Shown here: piece by piece, positions 26,487 through 37,934 of the stretch
Layout: every line of letters begins with the position of its first letter
Position numbering within the stretch: the stretch's first letter is position 1
Source: the human T2T-CHM13v2.0 reference genome, Homo sapiens
Direction: 5' to 3' (one strand)
DNA: 64,000 bases
NCBI RefSeq assembly: GCF_009914755.1
Contig: NC_060928.1
The notes under the pieces: model-generated
The model's database searches: none
What the model was told of the DNA's origin: nothing
What the model saw: the letters and a program-made list of their open reading frames with translations, nothing else
Position numbers and translations under genes: made by a program

Positions 26487-26852
26487 TGTCTTAATCAGTT
26501 TGGGCTACTATAACAGAATACCATAGATTGGGTGACTTAAAGAACAAACATTTATTTCTCACAGTTCTGGAGGCTGGGAAGTCCAAGATCAAGGTGTCTG
26601 CAGATTTGGTGTCTGGTAGGCGCCCACCTCCTCGTTCGTGGATAGCCATCCTCTCACTATGTCCTCACATGGTAGAAGGAAGGAGAGCACTCTCTGGAGT
26701 CTATTTTTAAAGGGCACTAATCCCACTCATGAGTGCTTTGCCTCCATGACCTAATTGCCTCCAAAAGGCCCTACCTTCAGCTATCATCACATTGGGGGGA
26801 TTAGATTCTAACATATAAATTTTGGGGGGACACAAACATGCAGTCCATAGCA
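26487..26852 (-). mobile_element. MLT1A/MSTD-like MaLR solo LTR
   Basis: tgtcttaatcagtttgggctactataacagaataccatagattgggtg...ctcacagttctggaggctgggaagtccaagatcaaggtg...ggacacaaacatgcagtccatagca. Confidence 0.9.
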
Positions 26853-28779
26853 GTGTCGGTTCAGCATGATTTGAGGAATAGGAATCCCCTCTAGACTGCA
26901 GGTACCCCTGACTGTTTACCTAAAATTAAACTATTAGAGATTAATTTTTCTATTCAGTTAATATTTATTAAATGGCTATTGCATGCTATGCCCTGTGATA
27001 GGTAATAAAAATAAAATATGCAAAAAACAAAGTATAGTCTTTGTGTCACGGCAGTTTTAGTTAACGCAATAGTAGCAGCAATTATCTTTTGGACTTCTAG
27101 GCTCCCATTCAAAAGCAAATATCTCTTGGAGTAAATATCAAGACTTTAGCCATTAACGCTTTAGAGGGGATTTGACTTCAATCTAAGAGGAAGGCTCTGT
27201 AGAAGCAGCTTTTGACTTAGGCACTTGGAAGCTAGGACACTGGATGAGAGGAAATGCTATTTTGCTTAAAGCACTGATTTGCGGGGGTGCAAAAGTGGTG
27301 AGGGTGACTTGAAGACCTGATCTACATACTGAGAAATAAGAAGCTAGAACCTTCATTTATTTGCCATTTTTTGCCCATTATTATTGTTTAGTTGAGGATG
27401 TGAAAATTAGATTTCTGAGTCACTGAAAATTCACCTCAGTTGTCCTGTTTTAGTCATTAACATTGTGTTCATTTTTCAGATAATCTGTTATGGCTTTTCA
27501 TTTTCTAATGTATGCTTCCCAAAATTGACTATTTTTTTGACTGTTTACATATTAATGCATATTTTCAAAAACTATAATTTTATCTTAAGTGTGTAAGATC
27601 ACTATACTAACAGATTTGAGTTAGAGTTTGCAAAATTTTTAGCTTATTTACCATTTTTAATCACAAAAATATATGCTACTTTGAATATTTACTTCTTTTT
27701 ATACCAATATCTAAATAATTCAAGAGATAAAGAAATAAATAGAATAGAATAAATAATAGCAAATATGTTGAATTCAGTGACTTTAGATCATTGAATATTT
27801 TGATATAAAACAATGTTTTTTTTTAGTTGATAAAAGCACAATTGTTTGCAATTATATGCTTATTATTTTGATTATATTATCTTAATGAGTTATTATCCTA
27901 TTGTATTATTTTGGAGCCCAGCACAATTTGTACTACGTCCAGCTAATCAAATTGGTTATTTCCCCTGAACTATGGGATAGGTAATCTAAATAAATTCACT
28001 TAGATATTATAATCATGGTAAAGATCAGTAGCAAACCTTTACAATGTTCAAATTCAAGGCCTTCATCTCCATTTGTCACATTCCACAAAACCTCCCCTTC
28101 CTTCTCTCTGACTTTATTGGGACTCACCTACTCATTCATTTTCTTCAAACCTGCCTCTTTTTTTCTCTCAGTTGACTATGTTTTGTCAATTGTACCATAA
28201 AGATGTTTTTTCATGCTCATTGGTTCATTTCCATCATCTCTGACACTGTTATAATTTAGCTCTTTATTTTTTTCAACCAGAAATTTGCAAGCTCTTCAAG
28301 TACTTCCTTTGCCATCAGTGCACCTCTCTGAACCTGCCCTGCCTAGAGTTCAGCTCTGATAATAATACTTCCCACCTGAAAAGCTTTCAGGGGCTCTCTC
28401 TATTGCCTACAGAATAAAGTCTCAGACCTTGGGTTGTCTTTATGGACTTCAACAATCCAGCTACAATTTACATTTCCAATGTCATCTTCCACTATAAGTT
28501 CCAATTCTCATATTTCTACACACCACTCCCATTTTTACCATGTATTTTACCCTCTAAGAATTTATTCCCATGATTTCTTCTATCTGATTGCCCCTTCCCA
28601 TTCTCTGACCTTTAATGTTCTGACCCATTCCTTGTAAAACCACCTCCCAAGAAAGTTTTCCTACCCTCCAGCAGAAGGCAATTTCCCTTTTCTCTCTCCT
28701 ATTATTTCATAAATTATGAAATAATTTTATTTCAGAGTAGCTGAAGCTGTTCTGTTAGTTAAATGTATCCAGACATGTT

Positions 28780-29100
28780 ATTAATTAGGTGAGGGCATAT
28801 TATGCTGTGGTAACAAAAAACTCCACCAAATCTTAATGGCTTAGCTGTGCTCCATGTTGCAGTTCAACTTTCAAGGCTGCTTTTGACACCTCTATCTCAA
28901 GAAATGCTTTCGCAGTTGTCACAGCAGAAGGAGCTACATGGGAATCACACACCAGCTCTTAAGTGCTTCTTTCTGCCTGGAATTGATACACATCTCTTCA
29001 CTCATATTTCATTGGCCAAAGCAAGCTACCTTTAAGTCGATAGAAAAGTGTAAAACCTTTGAATGTGCAGAAAAGAGAGAACCAGAAATATTGGTGAGCA
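28780..29100 (-). mobile_element. Old MLT1-type LTR fragment
   Basis: tatgctgtggtaacaaa...tcttaatggcttag, cactcatatttcattggccaaagcaag, gagagaaccagaaatattggtgagca. Confidence 0.6.
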
Positions 29101-29109
29101 CTATTAATT

Positions 29110-30290
29110 TTTTCCTTCCCAATCTGTATACCTTGTCTTTCCTTTAGTTGGATTATTTCATTGGGTAGGACTTCCAATAAAATATTGGCTAAGAGTGGTA
29201 AGAGATAAGAGAGAACATCCTTTTTGTCTTGTTCCTGATCTTAGGGGGAAAGCAACTATTTTTTTTTTAACCATTGAATATGATATTAACTGTGGGCTTT
29301 TGCAGATTCTCTAAAAAAAAAAAAACTCAAGTTGAAGAAGCTCCTATCTAATCCTAGTTTGCTGAGAATTTATATCATAAACGGATGTTGAGTTTTGTCA
29401 AACTTTTTTACTACATTTACGGATATGATCATATGATTTTAATTTATTCTCTTGGTGAGATGGATTACATTAGCTAATTTCTGCATGTTGAACCAGCCTT
29501 GCATACCTAGAATAAATTCCACATGGTCATGATATATAATTCATTTTGTACATTGTTTGATTCAATGTGTTAATATTTTATTGAGGATTTTCACATCTGT
29601 GTTCATGAGAGATATTGACATATAGTTTTCCTGTCTTGTAATATCTTTGTCTAGTTTTGGTATTTGGGTAATGCTGATCTTATAGAATGAGTTAGGACGT
29701 GTTCCCTCTGTTTTTATTTTCAGGAATAGATTATAGGGAATCTGTTACCATTTCTTCCCTAAATATTTGGTAGAATTTACCAGTGAAACCATCAGAATCT
29801 GGTGCTTTCTGCTTTGGAAGGTAATTAATTATTGATTCAATTTAAAACACAAATATAGGCCTATTTAGATGATTTATTTCCCCTTGTGTGAGTTTTCACA
29901 GACTGTGTCTTTCAAGGAATTGGTCTATTTCACCTAGGTTATCAAATTTGTAGGCCTACAGTTATTCATAATATTCCTTCATTATCCTTTTAATGTGTAT
30001 GGGATCTATAGTGAATGTTCTCACTTTCATTCCTGGTATTAGTAATTTGGGTTTTCCTTCTTTTTTTCTTGCTTAGTTGGTCTGGAGGTTTATCAATTTC
30101 ATTGCTCCTTTCAAAGAACTAGCTTTTATTTTCATTTGTTTTCTCGAATTTTTTTTGAAAAATTTCTTTGATTTCTGCTCTAATTTTTATTTTTTGTCTT
30201 CTGCTTACCTTGGATCTAATTTGTTCTTATTTTTCCAGCTTCCTAAGATATCTTAGATTATTGATTTTAGATATTTCTTCTTTTCTAATA
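29110..30290 (-). mobile_element. Old L1M ORF2 fragment
   Basis: gacttccaat...gtcttgttcctgatcttagggggaaagc, ttgaggattttcacatctgtgttcatgagagatattg, gtagaatttaccagtgaaaccatc. Confidence 0.85.
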
Positions 30291-30411
30291 ACACTATTAA
30301 TTTCTATCATAATATATGTGAAAACTATCGTAGACTGTACATTTTTGAAGTCAGCATTTGTGATTTATTCTTCACTGTATTTTTCTAGGTCAAAGAGAAG
30401 CACCCATAAAC

Positions 30412-30725
30412 TAGTGTTTTCCAAACCTCAGTCATTCCCAGTCCATCTTCACATTTTTGCCATAGTCTTGTGCCATTTATGATAATACTTAACTAATTCT
30501 TAAAAAGGAATCACTTTTAAAAAACTAAATCAACATTTTTAGAATGGGATTTTTAATACAACTATAAATGGAAATCAGGATCTCTTCCCATGTAGGAATC
30601 TTGAAAAATATATATTAAACTCTATAAAATATTTACTGAAAATATGAAATGAAAATATTACTTGGCTACTATCTGAAGTCCTCTTAAATACCAGAGTTAT
30701 CTTTGTGGTATTTTGGAAATCAGTG
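30412..30725. mobile_element. hAT-Charlie non-autonomous element
   Basis: Imperfect terminal inverted repeats tagtgttttccaaa ... tttggaaatcagtg around an AT-rich interior. Confidence 0.5.
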
Positions 30726-32037
30726 AAACAAATACAAATGAAAGAGGATACAAATGTATGCCAAAGTTCTACACCAGAGATTTTAAACTTTTTACTTTAT
30801 TTTCTTGGGGTTAAATATAGGAACTTAGGGTAAGCATTAATAGAACGGTTACCTTAATGTGAAGGGAAAAAAATATTAGATTTATAGTAAGAAGACATGA
30901 ATTTAAATGCCCTGTTTTTCTACCTCCTTGCTGCATGAGACAGAAAGTTCCACAGAATTTTTGTTGGTAGAAAGAATCAATGATGTTCGCTTGATTATAT
31001 TGTCAGATGTAAATGAGATAAATTACAATTATGTTTTAAAATTGTCTAGTTTTATGGGAAAAGGATTATGATTCTGCACAGATATGCCTGTATCTACCCT
31101 TTTATAATGTAGTATTCAAAGTGTAGCATAGGCAGTTTTTTTTAAGCAACATTTGTGCAACTTTTTTTTGAAATGAGTACTTGACCAGGGGCATAGGTAG
31201 AGTTACTAAATATCAAAAAACAAGATTCATATTAGAGATCTTTTTAATGAAAATTAGTGGAGAAAAAATTTAGGGTAAGGACTGTTGCCTAGGAATATAT
31301 TTATTTTTATGATTTCCTTAAATACGAAAAACCAATTCTTTGCGGGTGTTCACAGTTGGAGAATGGTTGTAAGTTCTACCTGCTATTTTGGTAAGTCAAA
31401 CCAATATAGTCTTATTCATCCCTTTTTCTATTTTCCAAGTGTTCATTTTTTGCTCCTTTTTTATTGCCAGAATTTTCTAAAGAGTTATTTCAGAATTGCA
31501 TACAAACAACATGATTCACCATTGTTTGGTACCATATAAGCAAAAAGCCCTAACTGATTAAGTGCTTTATCCCTTAACTGAAGGATTGACTTCTGAGCCA
31601 CCATACTAAGTAGTTGGAGTAAGAGGTAAAGTAAATTAGCAAATACTTCATGAGCCAAATGGGAGTACCTCATAAGATAAAAATTTATTTTAGTTAAAGT
31701 TCCTTGAAATATTTTTCTAAGAATCAAGTTTTAAAAAAAGATACATTCAGGAGATTATTTAATACAGAAGCATTGGAAGATTTTGTCCTCATTGATATAA
31801 TGAAGTCACTCTTTGGGCTGGATGTCAGTCACTGTAGTTTTTGAGGATACAGAAATGTCTGCATTCTGAAGTGTAAACAAAGGAGTAAATAAATTTATTT
31901 TTTACATGGCTTGATGTAACAGTATAGAATCTAGACATGGATAATAGATGCAACTCAGTCAACATGGATAACCAAAGTTCTTAAAACTACGCTTTCAATG
32001 AACACATATCCTTTGAGCAAGACTAATAATGAGGAAT

Positions 32038-32130
32038 GGGAGCCAGCTCCTGTGATATTTATGCAACTACTAAATTCTCACTGAAGTCAATGGGAGTTTG
32101 CTTACGTAAGGGCTGCAAACTTTAGCCTCC
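32038..32130. mobile_element. Ancient palindromic MITE-like relic (Chompy/PIF-Harbinger-like amniote hairpin element)
   Basis: Core aaattctcactga-ag-tcaatgggagttt (32072-32099) has arms that are 10/13 complementary. Flanks gagccagctcctg... and gtaagggctgca...tagcc match the recalled reptilian GGGCC.GATCCTGCA...CTCCCATTGAAGTCAATGGGAG...GTAAGGACTGCAGGAT..GGCCC pattern. Confidence 0.55.
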
Positions 32131-32475
32131 AGAGATTAAAGGGGAAAAAAATCCTTAAACTCTTTCAACATTAATATTGCCTGTAAGGAATCCAGCCATG
32201 ACCTAAGCCATGGAGCTTTCTGAACCTAGCAAGTAGAAGGGTAAACAGTAAACACCAGTTATTTTAAGCACAATCTAATCAGAGTTCAATGAGAAGCAAT
32301 ATTATATTTGATCTCTAAGGTATTAATACTTGTATATCACTATTAGACATCTTTATGTAGTCCATTATCCAAACAATGGCTTAAGTCTGTGGTATTTAAT
32401 AAATCAAGTTTCCATGGCCGTGAGACTGAGTGGGAGTGGGGATGAAGCCTTTTTTCTTCATTTTTTTTTCCTCAG

Positions 32476-32558
32476 GTGCAATTCTGTGTTAATATAAGAG
32501 AAGTGTGGCCTTCCTTCTCATAGCACTAAAAGTGAGATAATCCCTGTGTAAGAAATCA
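32476..32558 (+). other. Candidate 83-nt cassette exon with stops in all three frames (poison or non-coding exon)
   Basis: Acceptor: long pyrimidine tract ending ...tttttttttcctcag|G. Donor: TCA|GTAAGT. Frames read VQFCVNIREVWPSFS*, CNSVLI*, AILC*. Confidence 0.45.
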
Positions 32559-34839
32559 GTAAGTACGGTCTGCTTAATCTAGTCCCAGTGTGAAACTGTT
32601 GACATTTGTTCTTTTTTCTATCATTATGTGACTGGGCCTGTTTTGTGCTGGATTAGGCACAAATCTCCTATGCAGCACATTTGGCATGTTACTAGTAGTT
32701 TAACTTCATTAATAATGTATGAAGAAAATGTAATCCATGACAAGGAAGCAAAGAAAAGTATTTTTTTTTTTTTTTGCTTCTCCCAAATCCTTTGGAATGA
32801 GTAATTATTCAACATTTTATGTTTGATGTTATATTTTACAATTCAACTTCCATAGTGATATTTAAAAAAGAAACTTTGGCAAATGCTTGCAAAAAACACA
32901 CCTTTTACAATTTTAAATGTGATTTACTGATGGCCAGAACTTGTTAAACATAGTAGGAAATTAAATATTTATTCATCTTATTTCATTTTCAGGGCCGTAA
33001 ACGCTCCTTCTGAGTCATTCCCAATAACAAGAATTTCTACCAGTAAAGCTATTAACAGGCATCAAAATAGGGGAGTGCTAAATTAAGATGAGATTGTAAA
33101 AGCAAATAAGAACATACGCAGACTCGCATAGGAGTGCAAATGATCGTTTCTGATTGAAATGTTTATAGCTAAATGAGTTTGGCTGAATTAAACACAAATG
33201 TTCCAAAAGATAAGCCGTAGCTGGTGCTTCTTTTTTCTGTTTTTTAAGCTGCTTTACAGACGAAAATGGAACTATATTTGGAACAATGCTTTCTGTTTTT
33301 CCATACTATTGATATTTGTGGAAAGTCACAAAATGGCCTAAGGAAGCTAAGCTCGCCCCAAGCAGTGGTCACTTACAAGTACTTTTGTACTCTGTACTCC
33401 TGTCACATTTGGGCGATCAGAGCAACAGCTGGGGAGACTTTTTCAACAAAGATGAGTGTCAGATAATCCTGATGAGATTCCACATCCAACATCTTTTGTA
33501 ATTATGTCACATTCAGCTGTAATGGAATAATTCAAGCTGAAAGAACAAGCTTTGATCCTTTCTTAAACCTTTCCCTGTGGACTGGCTATCTAAAAGATTT
33601 AAAGATATTTCTGTTACAAGATCTAGTGTTTCCTCAGAGAAGTCATGCTTCTGAAGCATCGTGATCTACAAGAACAATATCAAGTTTGCCAAACACATTT
33701 CTGAAAGCATCGTGTTTTGGGGGGAGGGGTTGTATTTAATGAAGATATCAATAATATGCTATGCTTCAATTTTCATCTAGGTGATCAAGATTCATTTTCT
33801 TGTTCTGTCATCCAAATAGGCAGACAGAAAAGTGATTGAAATACATTATGGAGATGTGTCATTGCACATATAAAGCATCTGTGTGCAAATTCATCTTTTT
33901 TTATGCCTGTGCTTATTAAGTTGTGTTTTAATAGAAACTGACCTAGTGAAATACTAGCTATGTTGTAGAAATTAAAAAATAAAGTCATCAAGATACTAGC
34001 AAGTTCCAAATTTCTCATCTATAGGGGAATTTTTGTGCAAAATATTTATATTTTACTTTTATTAGGTTTTGTATTAAACTAATTAAACGGACAGATTGAA
34101 CCTAACACAAGATTTTTGCATAATCATCAAGATTAGTCATGTTAAAAATCACTTTTACTTGTTTATAGTAATCATATTTCTCCAAGTTATCATTGTAATT
34201 CTTTCTGTATTTTACTCTTACATTATTTTTTTTCTTCATTTCTTTTTCCTTTCTAATCCCAATTATTATTTTTTTCCTGAGACTAAATTCGTCACAACAG
34301 GAAAGAATGTGATGGGGAAGAAAACATAGACCTGATTTTAATTTTGACTTGAAGAAAATTATTACTAAAATTAAAACCAGTGTAAGAAAATAAACATTCT
34401 TCAAATTTAATTTTTAAAAGTGAATCTGTATGACTTTTAAAGCATGAAGGTTTAGCTGCTGTTTGGTTTATTGAGCAAAGAAAAGATAATCAGCGTGTGA
34501 ATGCTCCCAAAGGAAAATAGCTTGATTTGGTAGAAATGAAAAGAGGCAAGTCTGTAGGACTAAGTGGTACAAATATTAAAACTATTTTTGCCCAAACCAG
34601 TGAAGTAACCTTTAATGCATGTGATAAAGGTCATCTGGAAGATCATCTTTCCCACAGAACATTTCCTCTATGCCCCCATTAGGGATAGCGAGTGATCCCA
34701 GTGCTAAATAGAACATGCTCTAACCTCTATTTGTGTCTTTAGCTTACACTTTAATAGTGTTTTCCATTAAAATTATGTATTTGTAAATGAAACATAATTA
34801 TAGATGTTGTTTTATTTCATTTAGGTCTTTAAATGGATG

Positions 34840-35012
34840 TCTGATTTAATCTTAATATTCTCAGCTCTGAAGTAGGTATCATTATTACTATTTTGTAGAT
34901 GAGAAAACTGAGGTTCAGAGTGATTAAAGGACTTTCACAGGTATGAGACAATGCTGGGACTGAAAATTGGAGCTTCTACTTGAAAGTTTAGTACTCTTTC
35001 TGCTGTACTATG
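34840..35012 (-). mobile_element. MIR
   Basis: gtaggtatcattattactattttgtagatgagaaaactgaggttcagagtgattaaaggactt. Confidence 0.85.
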
Positions 35013-36759
35013 GTTTCTTTTTCTGATTTGGTTAATGGTGGGAGAGGAAACAGTAAGTAATACAGCCACTCAAAACTATTTTTTTCTATACATTATTAAT
35101 TTTACTTGTAATTTGATAATAATTTTTAAAAATCTAAACTTATTGTTAAGAATATATTTTGTCTCTGTTAGAGGGAGTTGGCTGAAGTGGATGGAAATTG
35201 TACTCTGACTGTGACTCACCAAAAATATTAAAGGGAACAGAGTAGACATTTCCGTGCTTGCCTTTAGGCCTAAAGTTTAGGTTGTAACTCTACAGATATA
35301 TATTCAAAGGGTTTGAATATTCAATTGAATATGACTCAATTTTCTCCTCCTTTGTTAGGTTTGGTTATTTCTGATGAAACGACAAGTTGGTTTTTAAACA
35401 AGCGAGAAATTTAGAATATTGAAAAACCTGACCACTATCACTGTCCTCCAGAAGAGATGTTCCTTGCTGGTGAATATGACAAAGGCCAGTACACATTTCC
35501 CCAAAAGATAAAAAGTCTGGTGGGCTGACAGATCTTAGATTTTTACCCGGTACCCACTTCACCGTATATAACTTTACAGTCTTTTTCCCTTTATTTAAAA
35601 TAGACATTTTATCATGCCTATCATTTACATATTAGAATTGAACACATAGGTCACATTCCTAACAAATTCATCAAGCGAGCCTTCCTGGAAATTCTAGGTC
35701 TCTAACATTACTTAATTCTTGGGAGACAAAAAATTCCCACAATATATAACCCATATTATGTGTTTTGGGTTTTTATAAGAAAATAAGAAATGTGTGAATT
35801 AAACTTATTCCCTTATTGGCAGTATTTACCTAGTATTTTCTTGATATTTTTCCAATTCAGTATTTTCAAAGATGTTTTGGGGAAAAAGTCCTCTGTATTT
35901 TATACCTTTAAAACAAGTTATTGGCTAAAAAATTAGAATCTTCTGTTTATTGCAGTTGACTAGGTTTTAATGCTTTGTGTGTGAGGCAAAAACACCCATT
36001 TTCTTCATTTTAGTCACCATATAAATCCAGGGAAGCACTCTAGAGATGCAGCTGTGGTTTTGAGGACAATTTCAACATAGCTAATGGTACGGCATGTTTT
36101 ACTTTTTAAACGTGGCTGTAGAAAAATCACTGTCTTATATTGCAGTAACTTTTTCATTTAGGGAGCCATATATTTAAAGATGCATTTCATTCATGGGAAG
36201 CACAATGGTTTATATGGTTTATTTATTGTGGAGACTGTCTAGAAAAATAAGTCTCTGTCAGTGACACATGCACACACATACGTGTATATTTATATAGAAC
36301 ACACACACTTTTTGTGTTATGTATACACACAGTTTTTTTTCGGTTATTTTAAGGGGTATGTTAAAAACATATTTTATCATTTCCAAGTACAAGAAAAGTA
36401 GAATAAATAGTATTATAATTCTCCGTGAGCTCATTATTTAACCTCAATAACTATCATGATACCTTGTTTCACATATATTCCCCACATTACTGAATTATTT
36501 TTAAGCAAATCAGACATAATATTTCATCTGTAAATATTCCATATATATCTCTAAAAGTAAGAGTGCTTCCTTAAATATGTAAAACAATCTACTGACACAC
36601 CTGGGCTTATTAATCATAGTTGTTCAGATGTCATCAAATTTAAAAGACAGACTTTTCACATTTATGGAACAGTCATTACATTTTTGGTTACTTATATATT
36701 TTTTCATTTCAATCCACAAGAGCTAATAAAGTTAATTCCCTTTCTTAAACTCACAAAGT

Positions 36760-37070
36760 ATAAAATAGTGGTTAGGAGTATAGGCTTGAAAAACTAGAAG
36801 TCAAGGCCTTCCCTTGACTTTTATTAGCTACGTGGCTGGGGGCACATTAATAAGCCTCAATTTCCTCATCAGTAAAAATGGGAACAATACTACTTAGATC
36901 ATACCATTATGAGTGCTGTATGATTTATATATGGAAAGTGGCCTTAGCTTAGTGCCTGGTATGTAGGATGGTCTTTGTAAATGTGAACTATTTTTTGAAA
37001 ACTTGGAGTTGGAATTTGAACCCAGGTCTGACTGATCCCAAAGCCTGCGACCTTTCCACAGTGCCATGCT
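36760..37070. mobile_element. MIR fragments (one plus, one minus)
   Basis: aagcctcaatttcctcatcagtaaaaatggg...tagtgcctggtatgtagg; ggaatttgaacccaggtctgactga.cccaaagcc. Confidence 0.8.
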
Positions 37071-37934
37071 CAACTAGCGTGGTGACAACACTGGCAGCAC
37101 CCCAGCCTGGACACTCTTTAAAGAGTATTTAATGTGTACTTATTAAGAGTCCACTCCTTGATAGCCCCAAACTTTCCATCATGATTGGCAAGCTAGTGAC
37201 TGGAATTCTTTAGTTGTGGCAATCACTGGTCACAGAAAACAGCTGAGCCTAAACAGGTGGTTCTGAAGGTGAGCAGAGCCAGCATGGGCATGGAGAAAGG
37301 CTGAGCTGAACACCCTGTGGGCAGAGGGGTCTGATGGGAGAAAATGAGACCTGAGAAATGTCCCCTCCACTCCTCATAAAGAACAAGTTGCCAGGAGCCA
37401 GCATTCTGCATTCGTCTTAATCTTTTAGAGGAGAATTGTTATTCTGAGCCATGTCTTAGATGCCACAAGAATGAGGCCGGTCTTTGTGTTTGATTTGTGC
37501 TCATGATTACAGCTCTTGTGTCTTCCAACTTCATTTTTTTTTACGTCAAGAAATATTTTAGTCTAGATTTTGCTCAAAGCAGAACACACACATCAAGTTT
37601 TGAGACTGATTGTTTGCCAAAATGTTGTGGATTAAAAAAAAAGAGCAGGAATGCAGCATTTTCACCAAGCTAGAAAATTTAGCAGATTGGGCCAAAGACT
37701 GTACAATTATTAAGCACCTAATACAGATCAGGAGCTGAGGGACATATAAAAGACTACTTGTCCCGTCCCCCCGGGTTCTCACTGTGGTAAGGAGTAATAG
37801 CTGAAGCAGGAGACTTTTGTTGAATCTATGTTATTATTGATGTTTAGTGCTTCTACACTTTAAATTTTTCCACGATTATACAAGCCTGTCCTCTCTGTGC
37901 TTCAGAAGCAAGTGATGAAAGTTAATTCCTTCTT

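Larger units (their letters stand above)
31900..33950. promoter_or_regulatory. Candidate conserved non-coding element / developmental enhancer block
   Basis: About 2 kb with no recognisable common repeat and several retained CpGs. Motifs: TAATCC/GGATTA x4, AGATAA, AACAAT, CTTTGAT, TGATTTAC, TGAGTCA, TTACGTAA. Conservation is inferred, not measured. Confidence 0.5.

Noticed and set aside
32666-33135. Long-range complement ctcctatgc / gcataggag
   Set aside because: Only 9 bp; several such matches are expected by chance in 2 kb.
31900-33950. Identification as a named enhancer or microRNA locus (ZRS, DLX I56i, PAX6 SIMO in ELP4, ARX elements in POLA1, miR-199)
   Set aside because: No match to the ZRS, I56i or miR-199 sequences as I recall them, and no ELP4 or POLA1 exon is visible. 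The locus is left unnamed.
35359-35528. Acceptor-like tttctcctcctttgttag|G followed by a protein-looking frame
   Set aside because: In-frame TAG after about 17 codons and no recognisable homology; at most a cryptic non-coding exon.
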